Source of the DNA: an uncultured Candidatus Saccharibacteria bacterium
GTDB lineage: Bacteria; Patescibacteriota; WWE3; 2-01-FULL-39-13
Length of the DNA: 64,000 bases
NCBI GenBank assembly: GCA_965230915.1
Contig: OZ246395.1
Location: 406,284 to 470,283, forward strand
Direction of reading: 5' to 3'
The number at the start of each line of letters is the position of its first letter. The stretch's first letter is position 1. Below the pieces are notes generated by a model. That model saw only the letters and a program-made list of their open reading frames with translations. It made no database searches and was not told the DNA's origin. Both the position numbers and the translations under genes were made by a program. Of this stretch, positions 1 to 9,228 are shown in pieces.

Positions 1-1312
1 GTAGTTCTTTAATTTCGAATGGGATTTCATCTTCTCTCAAGGCAGAATCGTTCAATTCTGGAGGTTCTGTTAAATCTAGGCCTAAAACTTTATCTGCGTT
101 TTCTAGTAAAAAAACTAAATCCTCATCGCCTTCAGCTTCGGTTATTCCCTTTTGAAGGGCGGCTAAGGCCTGTGGCATATTTATATCATCGGCAAGTGCA
201 GATAAAAATAATTTCCAATTTTCGATTGCTGTTTTGCTTGGAGAATCTCCACTTGTTAAATTTTTTATTCGCAAACTAACCTTCCATAAATTTTCTAAAG
301 CCTTTTGAGAGGCATCTAGTGCTTCCCATGTAAAATTTATTTGACGACGGTAATGCCCTGTCAAATAAAAATATCGAAGTGCGAGTGGATTGTATCCGCG
401 ATTAATTACATCATGAATCGTATATGCGTTTCCTAAGCTTTTCCCCATACGACCACCGTCGACCAATAAAAATGCTCCGTGCATCCAATATTTAACAAAT
501 GGTTTATGACCGGTTCCGGCTTCGCTTTGTGCAATTTCATTTGGATGATGAGTACTTCGTAAATCTTCTCCGCCTAAATGTAGATCGAATTGTTCACCGA
601 GATATTTCATTCCCATTGCAGAACATTCGATATGCCAACCTGGAAATCCAATTCCCCATGGGGAATCCCATTCCATATCACGTTTTTCGTTGGTTGGAGA
701 AAATTTCCATAATGCAAAATCTCTTGGATCTTTCTTTTCCGGATTTATTTCGACACGAGCACCTTCCATAATTTTGTCCAGTGTAGAAAGTTCTCCATAT
801 TTATTGCCTTCGCTTTCGTATTTGGCGACATCAAAATAAATTCCGTCTGAAGTTTTATAAGTTAAGCCTCTTGCTTCTATTTTTTGAACTAAATCAATTT
901 GTTCAGAAATATGTTCGGTTGCCTTTGCAATTATCGTCGGGTGCACAATATTTAAATCCTTTAAAGAATCTAAAAAATCGGCGCCATAAAATGCGGCTAC
1001 ATCCCAGGCTGTTTTACCTTCTTTCTTAGCGGCTTTCTCTAACCTATCATCACCTGTACTTGAATCACCTTCATTGTCGCCTGTTAAGTGTCCCACGTCT
1101 GTTAGATTCATTACGTAGTTAACATCATAACCAAACAAAATTAATGTTCTATAAACAATGTCACCTAAGGTATATGTTCTCCAATTACCTATTGTGGCGT
1201 AACTATAGATAGTAGGTCCGCAAGTATACATTCCAACTTTAGGTGGATTCATTGGTTCAAAGTCTTCTTTCTTTCGATGTAGTGAGTTATAGATTTGGAG
1301 TTGAGTTTCCAT
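1..1312 (-). CDS. cysS: cysteinyl-tRNA synthetase, 3' end cut by the window edge; start codon at 1310-1312
   Basis: The reverse-strand translation from the ATG at 1312 reads MNPPKVGMYTCGPTIYSYATIGNWRTY... (a class I HIGH-region variant). It later contains RMGKSLGN, matching the KMSKS motif. The frame stays open to position 1. It is absent from the ORF track because it runs off the edge. Confidence 0.85.
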   Translation of the reverse strand, partial: METQLQIYNSLHRKKEDFEPMNPPKVGMYTCGPTIYSYATIGNWRTYTLGDIVYRTLILFGYDVNYVMNLTDVGHLTGDNEGDSSTGDDRLEKAAKKEGKTAWDVAAFYGADFLDSLKDLNIVHPTIIAKATEHISEQIDLVQKIEARGLTYKTSDGIYFDVAKYESEGNKYGELSTLDKIMEGARVEINPEKKDPRDFALWKFSPTNEKRDMEWDSPWGIGFPGWHIECSAMGMKYLGEQFDLHLGGEDLRSTHHPNEIAQSEAGTGHKPFVKYWMHGAFLLVDGGRMGKSLGNAYTIHDVINRGYNPLALRYFYLTGHYRRQINFTWEALDASQKALENLWKVSLRIKNLTSGDSPSKTAIENWKLFLSALADDINMPQALAALQKGITEAEGDEDLVFLLENADKVLGLDLTEPPELNDSALREDEIPFEIKEL

Positions 1313-1332
1313 TAAAGCCTATTATAGAGGAA

Positions 1333-1938
1333 TTATGGCTTATTTTCAGTAGGGAGCATTAGTTCTAAATATTCAAAAAATTCAGACATTGCAAATAGGT
1401 ATAAGGCACTAACATTTATTCTATTTGCGGCTTTTGACTTACCTGCTGGGTCTATTCCTTTTATAGACCTTAAGACATTCACTAATTTTCGCGTATTATC
1501 GTTCGCTAAATCGATTTGTTTTGTTGTATCGTAATATCTTCTAATAGATGAGTATCTTGCTGTGGGCATGTTTTTGGTTATACCTATGTATGATAATTCA
1601 GGGTCAGATCCCATAGAGACTGTATATGCTTCTATATTCCCCAATTCATCAGGTATACCTCTTCCTATTACGCAACAACTTTCAGGTTCTACCACCAACG
1701 ATAAATTTTCGATATGTAGTGATCTGATTGATTCACTTGAAATATCTGTTCCTGATAGGCATTCTTCGGCTAATCCTCTAAGTAAAGTATATGCGCGTTG
1801 CTCTATTGTTGAAATTGCGGGTTCATTGCTAGGCTTATCTTGAGGATGTATATTTTCTTCTGCCATTATTTCTGGTTCTTCGATTTGGTTTAACTCAGGA
1901 CCTTCATTAGACATGTTAGTTATATGAAACTCTTCCAC
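1333..1938 (-). CDS. hypothetical protein (201 aa) downstream of recR
   Basis: The ORF is long with normal composition and overlaps the recR 3' end by 22 nt, which suggests operon context. No motif was recognised. Confidence 0.4.
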   Translation of the reverse strand: MEEFHITNMSNEGPELNQIEEPEIMAEENIHPQDKPSNEPAISTIEQRAYTLLRGLAEECLSGTDISSESIRSLHIENLSLVVEPESCCVIGRGIPDELGNIEAYTVSMGSDPELSYIGITKNMPTARYSSIRRYYDTTKQIDLANDNTRKLVNVLRSIKGIDPAGKSKAANRINVSALYLFAMSEFFEYLELMLPTENKP

Positions 1939-2536
1939 TTAATGCATCGTTGATTGTTCGTTCATCTGTATATTCAATGTCTGCTCCAATTGGTAGTCCC
2001 TTGCCTATTCTTGTAACAGCGATTTCGCTATCAAAATCTTTGTGTATTTCTTTGCTTATATACATACAAGTTGATTCGCCTTCTAATGATGTGCTAGTTG
2101 CTAAAATTATTTCTCTAACTTTATTATCATTTGCTTTTGCATCACGAATGCGTTTTAAAAGTTGTGCAATAAAGATTTCATCTGGACCAATTCCGGCCAT
2201 CGGATTTATTACTCCATGCAAAACATGATAAACGCCTTTGTATCCTGATTTGTCGATTGCTATTAAATCAAGTGGAGTTTCAACTACACAAATTGTTGTA
2301 TTATCGCGTGCTGGATCAGCGCAAATATTACATAATGTGCTATCGCCTACGTTAAAACATCTTTCACAAATTTGTGTTTTTTCTTTTAGGTCTCGAAGTG
2401 CATCAGAAAATCTAAGTACATCTTCTTTCGGAATTCTCAGCAAGTAAAAAGCTAATCGGTTTGCACTTTTTGGGCCAATGCCAGGAAGCGATGCAAACGC
2501 ATCAGCTACATTTTGCATTGATTTAGGTAAATTCAT
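1916..2536 (-). CDS. recR: recombination protein RecR
   Basis: It has an HhH region, a C4 zinc finger (CERCFNVGDSTLCNIC) and a Toprim-like C-terminus. It is 206 aa and follows dnaX, as in many bacteria. Confidence 0.95.
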   Translation of the reverse strand: MNLPKSMQNVADAFASLPGIGPKSANRLAFYLLRIPKEDVLRFSDALRDLKEKTQICERCFNVGDSTLCNICADPARDNTTICVVETPLDLIAIDKSGYKGVYHVLHGVINPMAGIGPDEIFIAQLLKRIRDAKANDNKVREIILATSTSLEGESTCMYISKEIHKDFDSEIAVTRIGKGLPIGADIEYTDERTINDALSGRVSYN

Positions 2537-2557
2537 AAATAAGAGTATATCAAAGTA

Positions 2558-4171
2558 TTATTCTGCAGAGGTTGCGAGGTCTTCCCCAAAAACTTTTTCA
2601 AAAACGTCTTCTAAGTCTGCTTTTTGGGGAGGGTTAACAATATTTTTGTCAGTTAATTTTTCGGCGTTTGGATTCTTACTTGATAATTCGCATCTTAAAA
2701 CAACTGGTGCACCGACCATTTCTGAAGCGGTGTCTTGAATCATTTCACGAATTTTTGTGCTCATAATTCTTTCTTTATGGAATGAATAATTTGCTCGCAG
2801 ATCTAAATATTTTCCGTCAAAGTTAATAAATTCACATGGATGCATTATTAAATGTATAGCCTGATGTTTTGGCTTTACCGCTTCGATTAATTGTTTGTAT
2901 GAAAAATTTACTGATTTTGTTGGTTTTGTAATTTTTTCTTCCGGCACTGGTACTTTTGGCGCGGGACTCTTAATATCTGATTTCTTTAGTCTTATATCGA
3001 GTTTGGGTTCCTCTGTTTTTGTTGTAACAGTAACCGTTTTTACTTCCAGTTTTTGTTCAACAACTCTTTCTTTTATTTGTGGAGCTTCATTCTCGTTTTC
3101 GGTTATTTCATTTTGAGTCAATTCAATAATTGCGATTTCAAGCGGGAGTGTCGGAATAACTGCAGTTCTAAATTCTGACATTGACCCAGAAAATATTTCT
3201 AAAGACTTCTTAAATTTATTTTCTGAAGTTAATTTAATAATTTCATTATCAGCTTCTGTAAGCACAAAGTTTGCGTCATTAATTTTAACTCCTATTTTTT
3301 GAAGCATTAATGTTCGTAGATATCCTAAAAGTTTTTCGGTCCACGATTCTATATTTACTCCTGATTCATAAACTTTATGAATTGAATTTATTGCCTCTGC
3401 TCTATTACTTTCTAAAACGAATTTAAAAAATGCGCTGTAATCATTTGTTGATGATGCAATTAATTCCTGAAATTGAGATTCATCCGCCATAAATTGTTCC
3501 AATAGGGTTTCTGCATCACGGTATGCTCCTTTTGCTGCAATAGCAATCATTTTTAAATCGCCCTCAGAAATTTGATAATTTTTATCTTTTGCAATTCTGG
3601 CTAGTTTTGATACTAGATCATCCATTGATGGTCTTTTGAACTGAAATTGAAGGCATCTTGATTTAATTGTGTCTAAAACTTTTTCAGGGTTAGTTGTACA
3701 CAAAATAAAATAAACATGCTCTGGGGGTTCTTCTAGGGTCTTTAATAATGCATTAGAAGCTTCGGTTGTTAGCATATGAACTTCATCAATAATATAAATT
3801 TTTCGCTTTCCCATTGAAGGAGATAAATTTACACCATCACGAAGTTCACGAATATTATCGATACCGCGATTTGATGCAGCATCGATTTCTATTAAGTCGA
3901 GGTGATTTCCATTTTTAATGGCAAGACAACTATCACATTCTCCACACGGCTCATATTTAACAGCGACCGCATCCGAAATTTTCGGATTCTGACAGTTTAA
4001 AGCTTTCGCTAGCAGCCTGGCAGTGGTCGTTTTTCCTGTTCCACGTGAGCCGGTGAAAAAATACGCATGCGCCGGAGTTTCTTTCGCCAAAGTTGCAGTC
4101 ATCGATGCCACGATGTGGTCTGCACCAATTAGTTCCTTAAATTTTTGAGGTCTGTACTCGGTATAAAACAT
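2558..4171 (-). CDS. dnaX: DNA polymerase III subunit gamma/tau
   Basis: It carries an AAA+ Walker A (GSRGTGKTT), a zinc module (CGECDSC) and DEVHML. It is 537 aa. Confidence 0.95.
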   Translation of the reverse strand: MFYTEYRPQKFKELIGADHIVASMTATLAKETPAHAYFFTGSRGTGKTTTARLLAKALNCQNPKISDAVAVKYEPCGECDSCLAIKNGNHLDLIEIDAASNRGIDNIRELRDGVNLSPSMGKRKIYIIDEVHMLTTEASNALLKTLEEPPEHVYFILCTTNPEKVLDTIKSRCLQFQFKRPSMDDLVSKLARIAKDKNYQISEGDLKMIAIAAKGAYRDAETLLEQFMADESQFQELIASSTNDYSAFFKFVLESNRAEAINSIHKVYESGVNIESWTEKLLGYLRTLMLQKIGVKINDANFVLTEADNEIIKLTSENKFKKSLEIFSGSMSEFRTAVIPTLPLEIAIIELTQNEITENENEAPQIKERVVEQKLEVKTVTVTTKTEEPKLDIRLKKSDIKSPAPKVPVPEEKITKPTKSVNFSYKQLIEAVKPKHQAIHLIMHPCEFINFDGKYLDLRANYSFHKERIMSTKIREMIQDTASEMVGAPVVLRCELSSKNPNAEKLTDKNIVNPPQKADLEDVFEKVFGEDLATSAE

Positions 4172-4289
4172 GGCATAGTATCCCGACCATCTTGGGCGGA
4201 TGAGTTAGTGCAAAACAAAATAAATTTATCCTGCCTTCACTGTATGTAATTTTTAACACTAATGAGAAATTGGAGTAAGTTTCATTTAT

Positions 4290-4847
4290 TTACTCGAATC
4301 GAGCCAACCAGTTATTAATCTCACTAATAAGTGAGTTTTCTACTAGTTCAGAGATCTTTTTTTTATCGGTCATGCTAAAAGGAGACAAAACGTATTCCGC
4401 TGGATTTCTGCCACTTTTTTGCACACTACCTGCAATGTGTTCATCACGAACTCCAACTCGTAAATGCCAGAAGTCATTTGAATTTAAGTGTTCGTTAATT
4501 GAAATAACTCCATTATGAATTCTCGAACCTTTTGAATGGTTAATTTTGTATTCTCCAATAACTAAATCGAGCTCATCATAAATTATTAAAATATTACTAG
4601 GTACAACTTTGTAGTATTTGGAAATTGAAGAAATTGCTAATCCCGCGTCGTTCATATAATTAGTCGGCTTAACAGCCAGTGCCTTATCGTGTATATCTAT
4701 ATATTCACAATGCCATTCTTTTTTAGTTTTCCATTGTGGCTCGGAGAATTTCTTTTTTATATAGGCGTTTAAAACGTCTTTGCCGATATTGTGTCTTTGA
4801 TTTGTATGTTCGGGTTCCGGATTGCCAAGCCCAAAGATTAAATTCAT
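4290..4847 (-). CDS. pth: peptidyl-tRNA hydrolase
   Basis: The N-terminus LIFGLGNPEPEHTNQRHNIG matches the Pth signature. It is 185 aa. Confidence 0.9.
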   Translation of the reverse strand: MNLIFGLGNPEPEHTNQRHNIGKDVLNAYIKKKFSEPQWKTKKEWHCEYIDIHDKALAVKPTNYMNDAGLAISSISKYYKVVPSNILIIYDELDLVIGEYKINHSKGSRIHNGVISINEHLNSNDFWHLRVGVRDEHIAGSVQKSGRNPAEYVLSPFSMTDKKKISELVENSLISEINNWLARFE

Positions 4848-5548
4848 GATTCTATTATAGCTCTACGAAGGCGTAAATTTGCTACAGTTATTTTTCTCAT
4901 GGGCAAAACGGAATATTTATTTTCAGCTGCGAAGGATATTACCTCTCGTGTTATTTTCCATCCTGAGTTTACTTCGACCAATAGTTCAAACTGTCTATTC
5001 TTCCCTCCAAATAGTTCGATTTGTTTTGGCCTAGAAGAGATTACCTCTAATATATCTATGCCCTTAAGTAGCCCTCGTTCGGGCAAACTTTCAAAACTGA
5101 TAACTTTAAAATTATTTCCAAACATTCTTAGATCTGGCTCTACCTTTTTTGCCAGTGAAGCTAATATAAGATCGAACTGTCTCTTTTCTGTGTCGGTCAT
5201 GTGATGAATATTTCTCTGATCTGGTTCTAAAAGAGTTGACCTATTAGATTCGGGATTAGGAAAGAATTCTAGAAAGTGATTTTTATCGGTGTTTTGCTCA
5301 TCTGAAGATGTGCATATAGTTACTCCAACATATGGTCGATTTGTGAATCTGCTAATTGTTACTGCCTTAGGATCTTCATCGTCCGATGTAGAAGGTTCTT
5401 CTACATTTATAACTTCGTATGATATTCCATTCCTATTGCCGGATTCAAGGCAGCCCGCAGCATCAGCGGTTAAAAATACCTGGTCCCAAATATACCTGGA
5501 ATCAGTTTCATATTCTAAATCAATTGGTTCTTCTGCCAAGGGTTCCAT
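4844..5548 (-). CDS. hypothetical acidic protein (234 aa)
   Basis: It has normal composition and overlaps the pth start by 4 nt, which suggests an operon. The opposite-strand ORFs are S/F-rich shadows. Confidence 0.4.
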   Translation of the reverse strand: MEPLAEEPIDLEYETDSRYIWDQVFLTADAAGCLESGNRNGISYEVINVEEPSTSDDEDPKAVTISRFTNRPYVGVTICTSSDEQNTDKNHFLEFFPNPESNRSTLLEPDQRNIHHMTDTEKRQFDLILASLAKKVEPDLRMFGNNFKVISFESLPERGLLKGIDILEVISSRPKQIELFGGKNRQFELLVEVNSGWKITREVISFAAENKYSVLPMRKITVANLRLRRAIIES

Positions 5549-5580
5549 TAATGGGATATTATAAGCATTTTTGCTAGAAT

Positions 5581-5883
5581 ATGCTCATGGAAATTCCCCA
5601 TAAAAACACAAAAATAAATGTTCACCTAGTTGGAGACGCCGAAATACAAAGGCTTAACAAGCAGCATATGGGCAAAGATTACCCTACCGACGTTTTGTCT
5701 TTTAACATAGATGAAAAGCTTCCTGATGGAGAATATTACTTGGGGGACATTATCGTAAACGTAGATGAGGCCGAGCGCCAGATGAGAGATTATGGCAATA
5801 CAGATGTAAGGCACGAAATTGCTCAATTAGTAGAACATGGAATGCTTCATTTAATGGGGATTCATCACGAGCACGACGATTAG
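5581..5883 (+). CDS. ybeY: rRNA maturation endoribonuclease YbeY (short form)
   Basis: It carries the H-x-x-x-H...H metal-binding motif HGMLHLMGIHHEH. It is 100 aa. Confidence 0.8.
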   Translation: MLMEIPHKNTKINVHLVGDAEIQRLNKQHMGKDYPTDVLSFNIDEKLPDGEYYLGDIIVNVDEAERQMRDYGNTDVRHEIAQLVEHGMLHLMGIHHEHDD

Positions 5884-5994
5884 GTGAAAAACCTCTAAAA
5901 AATTCTTCGAAACGTCCTCACCTACAAACGGATTTTTAGCAAAATTCTAAAGATTGTGGAATGTTTCTATAAATTTTTTAGAGGTTTTTCAAGC

Positions 5995-6441
5995 CTAGGA
6001 AGCTGATATAAGTTTATTAGCGATCTGTGATACGAGTTTTCCGTCAGCTTTACCTTTAAATTCGGGCATTATAATTTTCATTAAATCTCCGAAAGCGACT
6101 CCAGGATTTGCATCAACTGTAGCTTTTATAATAGATTCAATTTCCACTTCTGACATTTGTTCTGGTAAGTATTCTTCTAAAACAGCTAATTCAGCCTTTT
6201 CTTTGTCGGCTAAATCGGATCTGTTTTGTGCGGAGAAAATTTCGATGGATTCTTTGCGTTTTTTCGCTTCTTTTGTGATGACCTTAAGAACTTCTTCGTC
6301 GGTCATAGTTTTCCCGGAAGGACGCAACCCGATTTCAGCATTCATAATCTCTGCTGAGAGCATTCGCAATGTACTGAGTCGAACTGCGTCTTTATTTCTT
6401 AATGATTCCGTTTGATCTGCTTTGATTTTTTCAATAAGCAT
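5995..6441 (-). CDS. GatB/YqeY domain protein
   Basis: It is 148 aa with the typical YqeY helical pattern and lies immediately downstream of rpsU. Confidence 0.85.
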   Translation of the reverse strand: MLIEKIKADQTESLRNKDAVRLSTLRMLSAEIMNAEIGLRPSGKTMTDEEVLKVITKEAKKRKESIEIFSAQNRSDLADKEKAELAVLEEYLPEQMSEVEIESIIKATVDANPGVAFGDLMKIIMPEFKGKADGKLVSQIANKLISAS

Positions 6442-6442
6442 A

Positions 6443-6643
6443 TTAATTGTATTTATTATATTTATTAATATTGGCGCGTTTTTTCTTTTCTTTTTCGCGT
6501 CTGAGCTTGGTTGGCTTTACATAATATCGTCTTTCTTTCAAAGCATTGATATCTTCTTCCATTATTGATTTAAGCTCACGAAGAGCCTGTTCGATAGATT
6601 TCTTTGATTCTTTTAAATCTATTGCAACACCTTTTTGTGCCAT
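6443..6643 (-). CDS. rpsU: 30S ribosomal protein S21
   Basis: It is a 66-aa basic protein ...YYVKPTKLRREKEKKKRA, in the rpsU-yqeY arrangement. An AGGAGG Shine-Dalgarno sequence lies upstream. Confidence 0.7.
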   Translation of the reverse strand: MAQKGVAIDLKESKKSIEQALRELKSIMEEDINALKERRYYVKPTKLRREKEKKKRANINKYNKYN

Positions 6644-6759
6644 AAAAAGAGCACACCTCCTAAAAAATATACTAATTAAGGGAACTTAAACTGTTGAGAC
6701 TATTATAAAGGACGGCAAAGTATATCACAACCGACAGATATTCAAGGTATGACTTGAAA

Positions 6760-7098
6760 TTATAGGTTGTCCGAAGGTTTCCATGAATTACCTCCCATTA
6801 TATGAATATGTTCGTGGTCGATTGCGTGAAAACCTGCACCATTATTGACTATTCTGTAGCCGGTTTCATCAAGCTTTAGCTTTTTAATTATGTTATTGGC
6901 CTCAAGCATCATTTCTGACCATAATTCCGGATGTTTGCCTGAAATTGAGTCTTTTTTATCAATATGTTCTTTCGGAATCAGCATTACATGAACTGGAGCA
7001 CTTTTATTAATATTATCGAAAGCTATAAATTTATCTGTTTCGTAAACGATTTTAGCCCGGGCAACTTTATTGGCTATATCACAAAAAATGCAGTCCAT
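6760..7098 (-). CDS. HIT family hydrolase
   Basis: It carries the histidine triad HAIDHEHIHIMGG. Confidence 0.9.
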   Translation of the reverse strand: MDCIFCDIANKVARAKIVYETDKFIAFDNINKSAPVHVMLIPKEHIDKKDSISGKHPELWSEMMLEANNIIKKLKLDETGYRIVNNGAGFHAIDHEHIHIMGGNSWKPSDNL

Positions 7099-7208
7099 AT
7101 GTGCGAATTATAGCAGTCCTAGCATTTTAAGCACCTTTTAATTTTCATAATATATCCTATAATATTGGCACTTGAACTTTAAATTACCATGTTCATAGAG
7201 GGGCTAAA

Positions 7209-7526
7209 ATGCGCAAATTAGCTATAGCGTTAAGGGTTCTTGCGGGTGTTTTGGGATTTGGAGGCCTATCTTTGATATTGTTTGCTCCGGCCTTCGAATG
7301 GAATCCAAAGATTGTAGCTCCGGCTATGATTATGTTGTTTATATTGGCCGGGATATGCTTCCTGAGTTCCGAATCTATCTCGGATCAGTTAGACGCGGAG
7401 GTTCCTGATAGGCCCAATAAAGAAAAGTACAAGTGTGCTTATTGCAGATCCGATTCTGATCATGGCAAAGGCAAATGTTCTAACTGTGGGTCGGAAGTCT
7501 ATATAAAGATTGAAGATGATTTATAG
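7209..7526 (+). CDS. small membrane protein with C-terminal CxxC...CxxC zinc ribbon
   Basis: It has two predicted TM helices followed by CAYCRSDSDHGKGKCSNCGSE. Confidence 0.45.
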   Translation: MRKLAIALRVLAGVLGFGGLSLILFAPAFEWNPKIVAPAMIMLFILAGICFLSSESISDQLDAEVPDRPNKEKYKCAYCRSDSDHGKGKCSNCGSEVYIKIEDDL

Positions 7527-7548
7527 TATAGACTATCCTTTATTCATA

Positions 7549-7578
7549 GGTGGATGAAAATTAAAACTTTCATCCACC
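7549..7578 (+). terminator. perfect 11-bp stem hairpin (ggtggatgaaa...tttcatccacc) between the zinc-ribbon membrane gene and the ATL gene
   Basis: The inverted repeat was read directly. It is followed by a weak T tract, gtagttt. Confidence 0.4.
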
Positions 7579-7585
7579 GTAGTTT

Positions 7586-7966
7586 ATGTCTCAATTCAAA
7601 CAAAAAGTTATTGAAATAGTGAATTTAATTCCATACGGAAAAGTTGCCAGTTATGGCCAAATTGCCGTAATGGCAGGAATGCCCCGAATGGCTCGCCATG
7701 TCGGAAATGTTTTGAATAAATACGATGGTGAAACCGAAATTCCCTGGTGGAGAGTGGTTAATAATTCTGGTCGATTAACTATTAAAGGGTCGGTTTTTAC
7801 ACCAGATGATCAGAAAGATTTCCTAGAATCTGAGGGCCTAAAAATTAGTAATGATTACGCCTTTGATATAGAAAAATATCGATTTGTTCCAGATATAAAA
7901 TTCTTAAGAAATATAAAGTTAGATGACGAATATATTGAGATTTTGATGAGAAAGTTTGTGGTTTAG
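7586..7966 (+). CDS. alkyltransferase-like (ATL) protein of the MGMT DNA-binding family, with the active-site Cys replaced by Trp
   Basis: It carries PWWRVV in place of the PCHRV of Ogt/Ada. The Trp substitution is the hallmark of ATL proteins. Confidence 0.8.
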   Translation: MSQFKQKVIEIVNLIPYGKVASYGQIAVMAGMPRMARHVGNVLNKYDGETEIPWWRVVNNSGRLTIKGSVFTPDDQKDFLESEGLKISNDYAFDIEKYRFVPDIKFLRNIKLDDEYIEILMRKFVV

Positions 7967-9213
7967 CCAAGTTTACTAATAAGATCCACTAGGCTCATAT
8001 TAGTAACTTCGTCAGTCATTCTGTTTTTTACTTCGAATATATCGCCTTCGCTTTTTGCTGAAACTACTAATCGATAAGGCATTCCCATTAGGTCTGCGTC
8101 TGCGAATTTTTCGCCTGCATTCACACCTTCGCGGTCATCAAAAATTACTTCGATTCCCCTATTATTTAAAGTTTCATAAACTTTTTCGGCTTTTGCTTTA
8201 ACTTCCTGATTGTCTAAATTAAGCCCAACAATATGAATACTATATGGAGCAACAGACATTGGCCACTTAATACCTTTGTCATCAGAAAAATGTTCGACTA
8301 AAACTCCCATTAAACGTGTGATTCCAATTCCATATGAACCCAAGTGAACAGGAACTTCTTTGCCATTTTCATCAATAAAGTTAAGATTCATTTGTTCGGA
8401 CTTTGTTGTTCCGAAATTAAAAATGTTTCCGACTTCTGCTGTTTTTACTTCTTCGAGATCCTCGCGAGAAATTCCCAGGTCTTTTAACGTTTTTTCGTTT
8501 AGGACTTCTTCGTTAATTGCGATATTTCTCTCTCTGTTTATATAGATAACATCTTCACCTGCATCGGTAATAGTTTGAAATTCGTGGCTAAATTCTGTGA
8601 AAGCTCCACCTGATGCAAAAGTTACGAAAGTGTTGTCGCCAAGCCCCACGCGCATAAAAACATTCATGTAAGCATCTATTGTGGCATTGTAAAATTTATT
8701 ATGCTGATCGGCATCGATTGCATATGAATACATGTCTTTCATAACAAATTCGCGGCCACGCATAATTCCACTTTTGGCCCTTAGTTCGTTACGGAGTTTA
8801 GTCTGAAACTGGTAAACGAAAATCGGTAAATCTTTGTAACTACTTATATAGTTCTTCATCATTTCGCTAATTGGTTCTTCGTGAGACCAGCCGAATCCGA
8901 CTTCTGTGTCGTTTTTGAGTTTGGATTTAAACCAGACATCGACTTTTTCATCATCCCAGCGGTCTGTTACTTCCCATAATTCTTTGCGTTGTAATGCGGT
9001 CATTATGATTTCTTGCCCGCCTATTTTATTCATCTCTTCACGGGTTATTTGTTTGATTTTGTCTACGACTCGTAATCCTAAAGGCAAATATGCATAAACT
9101 CCGGCCATTTCTTTGTAAACGAATCCGGCTCTAATTAAAAGCTGTGCGTTTTTACTTGGTTCATCCTTTGGAGATTCTTTTCGGGTTTTTGTAAAAAGTT
9201 GTGTGAATTTCAT
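7963..9213 (-). CDS. proS: prolyl-tRNA synthetase (short form, 416 aa, no INS editing domain)
   Basis: The N-terminus FTKTRKESPKDEPSKNAQLLIRAGFV and the class II core match ProS. Confidence 0.9.
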   Translation of the reverse strand: MKFTQLFTKTRKESPKDEPSKNAQLLIRAGFVYKEMAGVYAYLPLGLRVVDKIKQITREEMNKIGGQEIIMTALQRKELWEVTDRWDDEKVDVWFKSKLKNDTEVGFGWSHEEPISEMMKNYISSYKDLPIFVYQFQTKLRNELRAKSGIMRGREFVMKDMYSYAIDADQHNKFYNATIDAYMNVFMRVGLGDNTFVTFASGGAFTEFSHEFQTITDAGEDVIYINRERNIAINEEVLNEKTLKDLGISREDLEEVKTAEVGNIFNFGTTKSEQMNLNFIDENGKEVPVHLGSYGIGITRLMGVLVEHFSDDKGIKWPMSVAPYSIHIVGLNLDNQEVKAKAEKVYETLNNRGIEVIFDDREGVNAGEKFADADLMGMPYRLVVSAKSEGDIFEVKNRMTDEVTNMSLVDLISKLG

Positions 9214-9228
9214 ATCAAATTTATCGTA

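Noticed and set aside
19-771. Track ORFs 19..279 (+) and 499..771 (+)
   Set aside because: They lie entirely inside the reverse-strand cysS reading frame, which has clear HIGH/KMSKS-type motifs. They are shadow ORFs.
1562-3116. Plus-strand track ORFs inside recR/dnaX (1562..1843, 1950..2228, 2238..2447, 2478..2738, 2895..3116)
   Set aside because: They are S/F-rich, lack motifs, and are antisense to confidently identified genes.
4172-4289. Possible SRP RNA (ffs) upstream of dnaX, as in the B. subtilis scr-dnaX arrangement
   Set aside because: The G+C-richer stretch contains GAAGGCAG but not the domain IV GGAAGCAGC/AGGUCAGG core. No closing helix between 5' and 3' ends was found. It is left uncalled. 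An Infernal scan with RF00169 would settle it.
4899-5564. Plus-strand ORFs 4899..5204 and 5289..5564
   Set aside because: Ser-rich and of low complexity. The opposite-strand 234-aa ORF has normal composition and operon context with pth.
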